64,000 nucleotides of DNA, from positions 96,001-160,000 of the forward strand of contig CAVYCN010000012.1 of assembly GCA_963767005.1 (NCBI GenBank), given 5' to 3'. Under the pieces are notes generated by a model. It did no database searches, had not been told where the DNA came from, and was given only the letters and a program-made list of their open reading frames with translations. The first letter of the stretch is position 1; the number at the start of each line of letters is the position of its first letter. This DNA is from an uncultured Actinomycetes bacterium (GTDB taxonomy: Bacteria; Actinomycetota; Thermoleophilia; UBA2241). The translations under genes and the position numbers were made by a program. Shown here one piece after another: positions 7,583 to 15,632 of this stretch.

Positions 7583-8035
7583 GTGGTCGAGCTCTCTTCG
7601 CTCATGCAGCCCGCCGACGCCAACTTCTTCGGTGTGATTCACGGCGGCGTCATCCTCAAGCTCATCGACGAGACCGCCGGCACGTGCGCCTACCGCTTCG
7701 CCCGCCGCCGCGTAGTGACGGCCGCGATCGACCGCATGTCGTTCCACTACCCCGTGCAGATCGGCAACCTGGTCGTCTGCAGGGCCACCGTCAACTGGGC
7801 CGGCCGCACGTCGATCGAGATCGGCGTGCGCGTCGAGGCCGAGGACCTCGACACCGGCGCCTGGCTGCACACCAACTCGGCCTACCTCGTGTTCGTCGCC
7901 TTGGACGACGAGCGCCGGCCCGCGCCCGTGCCCCGCCTGCTTGTCGAGACCGACGCCGAGCGCCGCCGCTGGGCGGCCGCCGAGGAGCGTCGCAGGGTAC
8001 GGCTCGACGAGCGCGACCGCGAGGCGAGCACGTAG
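7583..8035 (+). CDS. Acyl-CoA thioesterase (hotdog fold, YciA-like); true start may be upstream
   Basis: DANFFGVIHGGVILKLIDE, VVTAAID, GRTSIEIGV, AYLVFVALD motifs. Confidence 0.9.
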   Translation: MVELSSLMQPADANFFGVIHGGVILKLIDETAGTCAYRFARRRVVTAAIDRMSFHYPVQIGNLVVCRATVNWAGRTSIEIGVRVEAEDLDTGAWLHTNSAYLVFVALDDERRPAPVPRLLVETDAERRRWAAAEERRRVRLDERDREAST

Positions 8036-8098
8036 CCCTGCGCCGTCCCGAGGCCGTCGCCCGCGAGAAGGGGCGATCGCCGCCCGGGGCGGTCCAGC

Positions 8099-8902
8099 TC
8101 AGGCGGTCTGCGGCGCGACGCCCTCGCGGCGCAACAGCTCGGTCAGGGCCGACTGGGCCACTTCGAGCTGCGCGTGGTCGGGCTCGCGCGTGGTGAGCAG
8201 GTGCTGCAGGGCAAGGCCCGGCGCGCGGAGCAGGTCGGCCGCGCGGTTGCCTCGATTGCGCGTCATCCACGAGAAGATCTCAAAGGCCGTGCCGAGAGAC
8301 GCGAGCCCGACCAGCAGGTTGGGCAGCGGTCGTTCGTCGGCGCCCGCGGCGTGCAGCACGAGACCGCCGGCCACGTTGGTGAGCAGGAGCGGGCCGATCA
8401 GATTGGTGCCACAGCGATCGTGCTCGCGGGCGGCGTTCTCGGGGCTGCCGCCGGTCTCGTAGGCGGCGACGCTCTTGTGCTCGGCGCCGTGAAAGCGCGA
8501 CAGCTCGGTGGTGCGCACCGCGATCAGCGCCGGCGCGATCGAGAGCACCGAGACCACGAGCTCGCGGGCGACCGGCGCCCTCTTCAGGAGCCGGCGCAGG
8601 ACGAGGGTCGCGATCGCGCTCGCCACGGCGGCCCACACGACCGCCGGCTCCTCTTGCGGCAGCACCCGCCGGCCGAGCTCGCGGCGCATGGCGGGCAGCG
8701 TCATCGTCATCTCGGCGATGCGGCCAACGCCACGCAGCACGGGCACCTTGTCGATCGCACCCTGCCCCGGCAGTCGGCTCCTGACCCCGGAATGCACGTC
8801 GACGCTGCCGTCGGGCAGGCGCACGGCGGCCGCCCAGTTGTCGCGGCTGAGCAACATCACCCCGTCCCTCAGGGCCATGCCCCCGAGCGTGAGATCGGCC
8901 AC
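8099..8902 (-). CDS. DUF1385 domain-containing membrane protein (YqhQ-like)
   Basis: LGGMALRDGV N-terminus; FHGAEHK, HDRCGTN and LTTREPD motifs. Confidence 0.82.
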   Translation of the reverse strand: MADLTLGGMALRDGVMLLSRDNWAAAVRLPDGSVDVHSGVRSRLPGQGAIDKVPVLRGVGRIAEMTMTLPAMRRELGRRVLPQEEPAVVWAAVASAIATLVLRRLLKRAPVARELVVSVLSIAPALIAVRTTELSRFHGAEHKSVAAYETGGSPENAAREHDRCGTNLIGPLLLTNVAGGLVLHAAGADERPLPNLLVGLASLGTAFEIFSWMTRNRGNRAADLLRAPGLALQHLLTTREPDHAQLEVAQSALTELLRREGVAPQTA

Positions 8903-9133
8903 TGGTCGTCCTTTCGTCTCGCGCGACGCCCGTCGCGCGCTCCTCTCCTGGGTGACGCGGACGCCCCACCGGTCGACGCGTCCGCCGCCGGTCTTCTTCC
9001 CCGGCCCCGTGCCATCCTATCCGGAAACGGCGAGCGACCGGCAGCCCTCCGGGAGGCCGCGCTCCCCGAGTTCCACCGGAAGGCCCGCGAGCACCCGCGC
9101 GGCGCGTCCGCGGCCGGCGACCGTGGTTCGGTC

Positions 9134-9139
9134 TATACT
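9134..9139 (+). promoter_or_regulatory. -10 element (TATACT) of a short transcription unit
   Basis: TATACT in a GC-rich background, about 70 nt upstream of a strong SD. Confidence 0.5.
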
Positions 9140-9212
9140 GTCGAAGGCGCCCGGCCGGTGCACGAACGGCCGACCGGAGCGCGGCCCCGCAGGCGACGAC
9201 AGGAGGTGGCCG

Positions 9213-9257
9213 ATGACTGATTCTGAGGTAGCGAGACGGAGGGCGGCCGTCTCCTGA
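9213..9257 (+). CDS. Putative 14-aa sORF (MTDSEVARRRAAVS) within a structured small transcript
   Basis: AGGAGGTG SD at 9201-9208, ATG at 9213, TGA at 9255-9257. Confidence 0.45.
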   Translation: MTDSEVARRRAAVS

Positions 9258-9313
9258 GCTGCGCGCTCAGCTAGAGAACGCACCATGAGCGGCTGTCTTT
9301 CGTCGAGCCGCCT

Positions 9314-9350
9314 GGGGGGCGGGGAGCCAAGGCTCCCCGCCCCCCGCTTC
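9314..9350 (+). terminator. Strong hairpin terminator
   Basis: GGGGGGCGGGGAGCC-AA-GGCTCCCCGCCCCCC perfect 15-bp inverted repeat followed by GCTTC (weak U-tract). Confidence 0.65.
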
Positions 9351-9435
9351 GTCTGGACACCCGCACGCGGCGGCTCGTCGCCGGCGCGAGCCGGGAGGCG
9401 GGCGCCAGGCCCGCGCTGCTAGACTTGGGGCGCTC

Positions 9436-10677
9436 ATGTCCGCGCCCCGCTCAGACCCGCCGTCCGACCCGCAGCCGAGCTTCGGCCGCGACCTGTGGCT
9501 CTGCTTTCTGTCGAGCCTGCTCTTCTCGCTCGGTCTGGGCCTCTACTACCAGTTGCTGAACGTCTACGCGATCAGGCACCTGGGCGCGCCGCGCTTCATG
9601 ATCGGCGCGCTCGTGGCCCTGCAGCTCGGCACGACGGCCCTGAGCTACCTGCCGGGCGCATGGGCGACAGACCATCTGCGGCTCAAGGTCGTGATCGTCG
9701 CCGTATGGTGGCTGACCGTACCGGCGGCGCTCTGCTTCGCGCTCGCGCCGAGCTGGCCCTGGCTCATTCCCGGCTACGTGGTCACCGGCCTCTACTACGC
9801 CAACAACCCGGCGCTCAAGACCTACATCATGCTCAAGTCGGGGCCCGAGCGCATGGCCCGCAACATCTCGTACATCTTCGCGAGCTTCCCCATGGGCCTG
9901 GCGCTCGGACCGCTCGCCGGCGGCTGGCTCGCCGGGCGCTACGGCCTGCGGCCCGTGTTCCTGATCGCGGTGGCGTTCTACGTCGCCTCGTCGATCGTCG
10001 TGAGCCTGATCGCCGACCTCCCCTACCACGCCGCCGGGCAGCCCTGGAAGGTCGCCGACCTGCTCGAGAACCGCGTCTTTCGGCGCAACCTCGCGTTCTT
10101 TGGCTGCGGCTTCTTCACGGTGTACCTGGCCTGGCCGTTCGTGCAGCCGTACCTCGCCCAGGTCCACCACCTGAGCTACACCGCCCTCGGCGCGCTCGCC
10201 GCCGTCGGCGCCGTCGGCGGCAGCGTCGTGACCTTCGCCGCCGGCCGCGCCACCGATCTGCGCGGCCATCGCCAGGGCATCGGGATCACGATCGCCTGCC
10301 TCACGGTGGGGGCGGTGCTGCTGCTCGCCGGCTGGGGTCCGCCGGTCTGGGCGCTCGCCGTGTTCCTCTACGGCGCCTTCGACTCGTTCCGCTTCGTCAC
10401 GGCCGGCATCGTGAGCCACTCGTTCGGCACCGTGCCGCCGGTGTGGGGCTACGCGGTGTTCGACGCGAGCATGGGCGTGCCCACCGCCTGCGCCGCCCTC
10501 GCCGGCGGCGCGCTCTACCGCTCGTCGTACACCCTGCCCTTCTTCGTCGTCGCCGGCCTGGGCGGCGCCATGCTGCTCGCCCTCCTGCTGGCGGGGCGCG
10601 GCGACCGGGCGACCGTCGCGGTCGGCCTGCCGTCGCCGTCGTCTGCTAGGCTAGGGCCGACCAAGGAGACCTTATGA
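9436..10677 (+). CDS. MFS transporter
   Basis: About 12 hydrophobic segments; motif-A-like GAWATDHLRLK and AGRATDLRGHR. Confidence 0.88.
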   Translation: MSAPRSDPPSDPQPSFGRDLWLCFLSSLLFSLGLGLYYQLLNVYAIRHLGAPRFMIGALVALQLGTTALSYLPGAWATDHLRLKVVIVAVWWLTVPAALCFALAPSWPWLIPGYVVTGLYYANNPALKTYIMLKSGPERMARNISYIFASFPMGLALGPLAGGWLAGRYGLRPVFLIAVAFYVASSIVVSLIADLPYHAAGQPWKVADLLENRVFRRNLAFFGCGFFTVYLAWPFVQPYLAQVHHLSYTALGALAAVGAVGGSVVTFAAGRATDLRGHRQGIGITIACLTVGAVLLLAGWGPPVWALAVFLYGAFDSFRFVTAGIVSHSFGTVPPVWGYAVFDASMGVPTACAALAGGALYRSSYTLPFFVVAGLGGAMLLALLLAGRGDRATVAVGLPSPSSARLGPTKETL

Positions 10678-11855
10678 CCGACGTCGCGGCCGACCACGAA
10701 CCCGTCACCAAGATCCTCATCGCCGACCTGCCCGAAGGGCGCGAAGTCACGACCTACTTCGTCGCCATCGACGTCGAGCCGGCCACCGACCGTAACGGCC
10801 GCTCGTTCCTGCGCATCAAGCTGCGCGACGCCTCGGGCGAGGTCAAGGCCATCCACTTCGACGCCGACGACCGCGTGGTCGAAGAGTTGCGCAGCGGCGA
10901 CGTCGTCAAGGTGAGCGGCACCTACTCGGTGCACGACAAGTATGGCGAGCAGTTCCAGGTCAAACGCCTGCGGGTCCTGCAGCCCGGCGAGTACGACATC
11001 GGCACGCTGGTGCCGGTCTCGCCGGTGCCGCTCGACGAGCTCGTGAGCCGCCTGAGCGCGCTCGTCGCCTCGGTGCGGAGCCCCTCGCTCCACGCCCTGC
11101 TCGCCCGCGCGCTCGACCCCGGGCACGAACCCGGCGCGACCTTCGCGATCGTGCCGGCGGCCGTGCGCAACCACCACGCCTACCGCCACGGCCTCCTCGA
11201 GCACTCGCTCATCGTCGCCGAGGTGGCCGGCGCGGTGGCCGACCGCTTCGCATCCGTCAACCGCGACCTCACCGTGACCGGCGCGCTGCTCCACGATATC
11301 GGCAAGGTGAGCTCGTACTCGGCCGACCCCATGGCGCCGGGCTTCACCGACGTCGGCCGGCTGCACGGCGAGATCGTGATCGGCCACGACCTCGTGCGCG
11401 GCCTCATCGAGCAGATCCCCGGTTTCCCCGACGAGCTGGCCACGCAGCTGCGCCACATCGTGATCTCGCACCACGGCGAGCGCGAGAAGGGCAGCCCCGT
11501 CAGCCCCGCCACCCGCGAAGCCGTCATCGTGCACTTCTGCGACGACATGACCGCCCGCCTGGCGGCCGTCGACGAGATCGCCGCCCGCACCTCCGGCGAC
11601 GCGCGCTGGTCGGCCTGGTGCAACATGCTGGCCGGTTACACCTACCTCGCGCCGGCCACCGACGAGCCGGACGAAGCCGCTACGGCCGCGGCCGTAGCGT
11701 CGGCGGCGGCCGATGTCACGGATCCACCGACTCCCGAGCCGGAGCCGGCCGCGGAGGCCGAGCCGGAGGCCGAGCCCGAGCCGGAGGCCGAGCCCGAGCC
11801 GGAGGCCGAGCCCGAGCCGGAGGCCGAGCCCGACACGGGCGCGGCGCTCTTCTAG
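10674..11855 (+). CDS. yhaM: 3'-5' exoribonuclease YhaM/Cbf1 family (OB fold + HD domain)
   Basis: OB-fold N-terminus (LRDASGEV); PAAVRNHHAYRHGLLEHS, LLHDIGK and HIVISHHG motifs. Confidence 0.85.
   Translation: MTDVAADHEPVTKILIADLPEGREVTTYFVAIDVEPATDRNGRSFLRIKLRDASGEVKAIHFDADDRVVEELRSGDVVKVSGTYSVHDKYGEQFQVKRLRVLQPGEYDIGTLVPVSPVPLDELVSRLSALVASVRSPSLHALLARALDPGHEPGATFAIVPAAVRNHHAYRHGLLEHSLIVAEVAGAVADRFASVNRDLTVTGALLHDIGKVSSYSADPMAPGFTDVGRLHGEIVIGHDLVRGLIEQIPGFPDELATQLRHIVISHHGEREKGSPVSPATREAVIVHFCDDMTARLAAVDEIAARTSGDARWSAWCNMLAGYTYLAPATDEPDEAATAAAVASAAADVTDPPTPEPEPAAEAEPEAEPEPEAEPEPEAEPEPEAEPDTGAALF
11760..11831. repeat. 18-bp tandem repeat x4 encoding (EPEAEP)n
   Basis: gagccggaggccgagccc four perfect copies at the yhaM 3' end. 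Confidence 0.9.
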
Positions 11856-11858
11856 GCT

Positions 11859-11948
11859 GTGCTTGCCGTCCGCATCGTCCTTGCCGTGGTGGCCGGCGCC
11901 CTGGCCCTGCGCCTCTGGCTGTCGTACACGCGCGTGCGGCGCAAGTAG
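11859..11948 (+). CDS. Putative 29-aa single-pass membrane peptide
   Basis: GTG 3 nt after the yhaM stop; MLAVRIVLAVVAGALALRLWLSYTRVRRK*; GC3-rich codons; fills an otherwise empty intergenic gap. Confidence 0.5.
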   Translation: MLAVRIVLAVVAGALALRLWLSYTRVRRK

Positions 11949-11984
11949 TGTCGACGCCCAGGCGAGCGCGACGTCGTCGCGCGC

Positions 11985-13400
11985 CTAGACCGACGGCGCC
12001 GTGTCGGTCTCGGGAGCCGGCCGCGGCCGCGTGAGCGAGGCGGGATCGAGGCGCTCGGCGAGCTCGTCGGCCGTCATGATGCCCCTGGCCAGCACCACCT
12101 CGGGCACCGACGCGCCGCTGCGATGCGCCTCCTTGGCCACCTCGGCCGCCGCCTCGTAGCCGATGACGGGGTTCAGGGCGGTCGCCAGGCCGAGGCTGCG
12201 CTCACCCCAGCGCCGGCAGCTCTCCTCGTCGGCCGCGATGCCGCGCGCGCAGCGCGCGGTGAAGACCTCGACGGCCGCGGCCATCACCTGCAGCGAGAAG
12301 AGCAGCTCGAAGGCGACGAGCGGCGTCATCACGTTGATCTCGAGCTGACCGGCCTGGGCGGCGAGCGCCACGGCAGCGTCGGCGCCGACCACGTGAAAGC
12401 AGACCATGTCGAGCATCTCGGCCATCACCGGGTTCACCTTGCCCGGCATGATCGACGAGCCCGGCTGCACGGGCGGCAGCGTGATCTCGGCCAGGCCGGT
12501 GCGCGGCCCGCTCGAGAGCAGGCGCAGGTCGTTGGCGATCTGGATCAGGCTGAGGGCGGTGCCGCGCAGCACGCCCGACAGGGCGACGAAGTCGTCGAGG
12601 CTCTGGGTCGCCTGCACCAGGTCGGGCGCCGCGCGCAGCGGCAACCCGGCCAGCCGCGCAAGCGTGGCCACCATCAGGCCGGCGTAGCGCTCGTCCGTGT
12701 TGAGCCCCGTGCCGGCGGCGGTGCCGCCGATGTGCAGGACGCGCGTCTGCGCGAGGGCCTCGACCAGGCGATCGCGCGCCTTGCCCACCGTGACGGCGTA
12801 GGCGGCGAACTCCTGCCCGAGGCGGATCGGTACCGCGTCCTGCAGGTGTGTCCGCGCGCTCTTCAACACGTGGTCGAACTCGACGCCCTTGTCGCGCAGC
12901 GTCCCCTGCAGCTCGAGCAGCGCACGGGCCAGGCGCTCACCCGGCCGCTGCAGTGCGAGGCGGATGGCCGTCGGGATCGCGTCGTTGGACGACTGCCCCT
13001 GGTTGACGTCGTCGTTGGGGTGGACCGGCGAGTACACGCCGCGCGGTCCGCCGCCGAGCAGCTCGTTGGCACGATTGGCGAGCACCTCGTTGGCGTTCAT
13101 GTTGTGCGACGTGCCCGCGCCCGCCTGGAACGGGTCGACGCGGAACTGCTCGAGGTGCGCGCCGCCGAGCACCTCGTCGGCGGCGCGCACGATCGCCTCG
13201 GACCGGTCGGCCGACAGCAGACCGAGCTCGCGGTTCACGAGTGCCGCGGCCTTCTTGACCAGCACGATGGCCTCTACCAGCTCGGGGCGCGGCGGCAGTC
13301 CCGAGATGGAGAAGTTCTCGATCGCGCGCTGCGTCTGGATGCCGTACAGCGCCTCGTCGGGCACGTCCCGGTCGCCCAGCGCGTCGTGCTCGCGTCGCAT
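11985..13400 (-). CDS. aspA: Aspartate ammonia-lyase (fumarase/aspartase family)
   Basis: YGIQTQRAIENF, QAGAGTSHNMNANEV, RTHLQDAVP and GSSIMPGKVNP signature. Confidence 0.88.
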   Translation of the reverse strand: MRREHDALGDRDVPDEALYGIQTQRAIENFSISGLPPRPELVEAIVLVKKAAALVNRELGLLSADRSEAIVRAADEVLGGAHLEQFRVDPFQAGAGTSHNMNANEVLANRANELLGGGPRGVYSPVHPNDDVNQGQSSNDAIPTAIRLALQRPGERLARALLELQGTLRDKGVEFDHVLKSARTHLQDAVPIRLGQEFAAYAVTVGKARDRLVEALAQTRVLHIGGTAAGTGLNTDERYAGLMVATLARLAGLPLRAAPDLVQATQSLDDFVALSGVLRGTALSLIQIANDLRLLSSGPRTGLAEITLPPVQPGSSIMPGKVNPVMAEMLDMVCFHVVGADAAVALAAQAGQLEINVMTPLVAFELLFSLQVMAAAVEVFTARCARGIAADEESCRRWGERSLGLATALNPVIGYEAAAEVAKEAHRSGASVPEVVLARGIMTADELAERLDPASLTRPRPAPETDTAPSV

Positions 13401-13460
13401 CGTTTGTCCTTTCGTCTGTCGGGCCGGGCGGGCGGCTATGCCGCCCGCCCGCGCGCCGGG

Positions 13461-13910
13461 TCAGCCTCCCCAGATCTCCCCGGCGACCGCCAGCACCTCG
13501 GCGGCGTGACCCGCGGCCGAGACGTTCTCGAACACCCTGCGGACGGTGCCGTCGGGCTCGAGCAGAAAGGTCGTGCGCCGGGCCGACGGCTTGTCGGGCT
13601 TGTCGACCCCGAAGCCCAGGATCAGCGCGCGATCGGGGTCGCAGAGCAGCGGGAACCGCAGATCGTACTTCGTGGCGAAGCTCTGGTTCGCGTCCGGCTT
13701 GTCGACGCTTGCCCCGATCACCTGCACGCCGAGGGCCGCGAACTCTCCGAGCAGGCCGTTGAACTCAACGGCTTCCGTCGTTCAGCCCCCGGTGTTGGCC
13801 TTGGGAAAGAAGTAGAGGACGGTGCGGGCCCCCGGCGCTCCCAGGTCGAAGCTGCGTCCGTCGTGTGCTGTGCCGGTGACGGCCGGCGCCCTGTCGCCCT
13901 CTCTGAGCAT
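13461..13910 (-). CDS. bcp: Bcp/PrxQ-type peroxiredoxin, probable selenoprotein (UGA = Sec43)
   Basis: MLREGDRAP...VLYFFPKANTGG-TGA-TTEAVEF...VIGASVD...FPLLCDP...ARRTTFLL in a single frame; the TGA (13782-13784) occupies the peroxidatic Cys position; GGAGG SD upstream of the ATG. Confidence 0.85.
13755..13772 (-). promoter_or_regulatory. Putative bacterial SECIS hairpin
   Basis: GCCGTTG-AGTT-CAACGGC stem-loop starting 9 nt 3' of the in-frame UGA. Confidence 0.6.
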
Positions 13911-14030
13911 CGTGCCCTCCGATCGCGGCCGGCCCCCGCCCATGCGGGCGACCTGTCGCCACCTTCGTACCCAGGGCACAGCTGCGCCTATCGTCGACGC
14001 CCGGCGTTGCCGCTGGCATAGACTCCGCGC

Positions 14031-14234
14031 ATGAGTATGCGCGTCCGCATCGACTACGACCGCTGCACCGGCGTCGCCGCCTGCGAGGCGGTCTGTCCCG
14101 AGGTGTTCGTCATCCGCGAGTCCGACGGCCTGGCCGACGTGCTCGAGCCGGAGCCGCACGCCACCCTGTGGGAGTGTGTGCGCCGCGCCCAAGAGGCGTG
14201 CCCCGAAGAGGCGATCCTCATCGAGGAAGACTAG
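14031..14234 (+). CDS. Ferredoxin (single cluster, probably 3Fe-4S), likely leaderless
   Basis: CTGVAACEAVCPEVF...ACPEEAI motif; TAGACT -10 element 6 nt before the ATG. Confidence 0.9.
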   Translation: MSMRVRIDYDRCTGVAACEAVCPEVFVIRESDGLADVLEPEPHATLWECVRRAQEACPEEAILIEED

Positions 14235-14354
14235 GCGCGCGACGTAGTCACGCCTGCCTGAGCGGCGACGACGCAGTCGCTCGACGGCCTAGGCGCGCGA
14301 CGTAGTCACGCCTGCCTGAGCGGCGACGACGCAGTCGCTCGACGGCCTAGGCGC
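14231..14354. repeat. 58-bp perfect tandem duplication (about 2.1 copies) between convergent genes
   Basis: ctaggcgcgcgacgtagtcacgcctgcctgagcggcgacgacgcagtcgctcgacggc at 14231-14288 and 14289-14346, then ctaggcgc. Confidence 0.92.
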
Positions 14355-14979
14355 TCTTGGGCAGGATCTCGACCGGCAGCCGGCAGAGCTCGGCCAGGCG
14401 CTGGGCATCGGCGATCGAGCCCACGATCGTGTCGTAGTGCATGGGCACGACGACCCGTGCGCTCAGCTTCTCGCAGGCGCCGGCTGCCTCGTCGGCGGTC
14501 ATCACGTAGGTGCCGCTCACCGGGATCATGGCCACGTCGACGTCGATCTCGGCCATCTCGTCGATCGCGTCGGTGTCGCCGGAGTGGTAGTAGGTCGTGC
14601 CGTCGAGCTCGACCACGTAGCCGACCTTGCCGTCGCGCTTGGGATGGAACGGCACACCCGGCTCGCGGAACTTGTCGAGGTTGTAGGCCGGCACGGCGCG
14701 CACCGTGACGCCGGCGATCGTGACGGAGTCCCCGGGCGCCACCGTCCGGGTATCGCCCTCGACCTGGCGCGTGACCTCGGCGGGGCCCACGAGCACCGTC
14801 GACGACTGCCACAGGCGCTCGACGTCACCCTTGTCGAAGTGGTCGAAGTGCTCGTGGGTGACGAGGATGAGATCGGCCGGAGGCGCCCCGGGAGCGATGT
14901 GCCAGGGGTCGATGTAGACAGTCTTCGAGCCGGTCAGGCGGAACGAGTCGTGCCCGAGCCAGGCGACGTGGTCGACCAT
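14347..14979 (-). CDS. MBL-fold metallo-hydrolase
   Basis: WLGHDSF, YIDPW, THEHFDHFD, YHSGDT and VPMHY motifs. Confidence 0.9.
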   Translation of the reverse strand: MVDHVAWLGHDSFRLTGSKTVYIDPWHIAPGAPPADLILVTHEHFDHFDKGDVERLWQSSTVLVGPAEVTRQVEGDTRTVAPGDSVTIAGVTVRAVPAYNLDKFREPGVPFHPKRDGKVGYVVELDGTTYYHSGDTDAIDEMAEIDVDVAMIPVSGTYVMTADEAAGACEKLSARVVVPMHYDTIVGSIADAQRLAELCRLPVEILPKSA

Positions 14980-15055
14980 CGTCGTGCCCTCCTTGTCGTT
15001 GAGCGGGCCACCGTGCCGGCCGCCGGCGCCGCCTGCCTGCGACGGTACGGGGGCG

Positions 15056-15100
15056 AAAACGGCGACGGGGCCGGCCGCCCGCGGGCGACCGACCCCGTCG
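15056..15100 (-). terminator. Intrinsic terminator of the cold-shock gene
   Basis: CGACGGGG...CCCCGTCG long stem followed by CCGTTTT on the minus strand. Confidence 0.6.
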
Positions 15101-15130
15101 GCTCGATCGTCGATCGAACCCCTGGGCGCC

Positions 15131-15331
15131 TTACGACGCCGGCTTGACGTCGGTCGCCTGGGGGCCCTTGCGGCCTTCCGTGAGCTCGAACTCGACGCGC
15201 TGGTTCTCGTCGAGGCCCGTCGTGCCGGGCGCGAGGCCGGTCACGTGCACGAAGATGTCGCCGCCTTCGTCCTGTGTGATGAACCCGTAGCCCTTCTGCG
15301 TCGAAAACCACTTGACTGTACCTTGAGGCAC
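15131..15331 (-). CDS. cspA: Cold-shock protein
   Basis: GTG with GGAGG SD; PQGTVKWFSTQKGYGFI...DIFVHV...GRKGPQA (RNP1/RNP2 motifs). Confidence 0.93.
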   Translation of the reverse strand: MPQGTVKWFSTQKGYGFITQDEGGDIFVHVTGLAPGTTGLDENQRVEFELTEGRKGPQATDVKPAS

Positions 15332-15480
15332 CTGTTCCTCCTGTTTCGTGGAGCGTGCCCGCATGCCGACGTGAGCGAGGGCCACGGTTGCGCTCGGCCG
15401 GGGTGGCGCACCTGTGCGTCCGGCCATTCCTATCTTGAGTGCGCCACCCGGTAGTGTACGCAGAGACTCAGCCGATTGAA
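15332..15480 (-). promoter_or_regulatory. cspA promoter and long structured 5' UTR
   Basis: TTCAAT (15475-15480)-16 nt-TACACT (15453-15458); the UTR contains a GGGTGGCGCAC/GTGCGCCACCC stem. Confidence 0.55.
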
Positions 15481-15632
15481 ACCCACCCGGCCCGTTGACG
15501 CCAGAGGGCCCCGAGAGGTGACGCCGCCACGCTCGCGGCGAGCTCCGGGAGCGGGTCCGACGCTCGCGCGGCACGCGCGACCGCCGCTCCCGCCCCCGCC
15601 ATCGGACCCGCCTCTCGCGAGCCCCGGCGCGC

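Noticed and set aside
9240-9345. tRNA-like cluster of hairpins
   Set aside because: No acceptor stem, no TTCGA T-loop and no CCA end; reported instead as an unknown small transcript.
9255-9423. Sec readthrough of the 14-aa sORF TGA
   Set aside because: The extension would run through a strong terminator-like hairpin and has no redox motif or coding-like composition.
13461-13910. Peroxiredoxin as a nonsense pseudogene
   Set aside because: The only stop is TGA exactly at the catalytic Cys with a downstream hairpin, and both halves are intact; Sec is the more parsimonious reading, pending sel genes.
14231-14354. CRISPR array
   Set aside because: Identical adjacent units with no unique spacers, and no cas genes.
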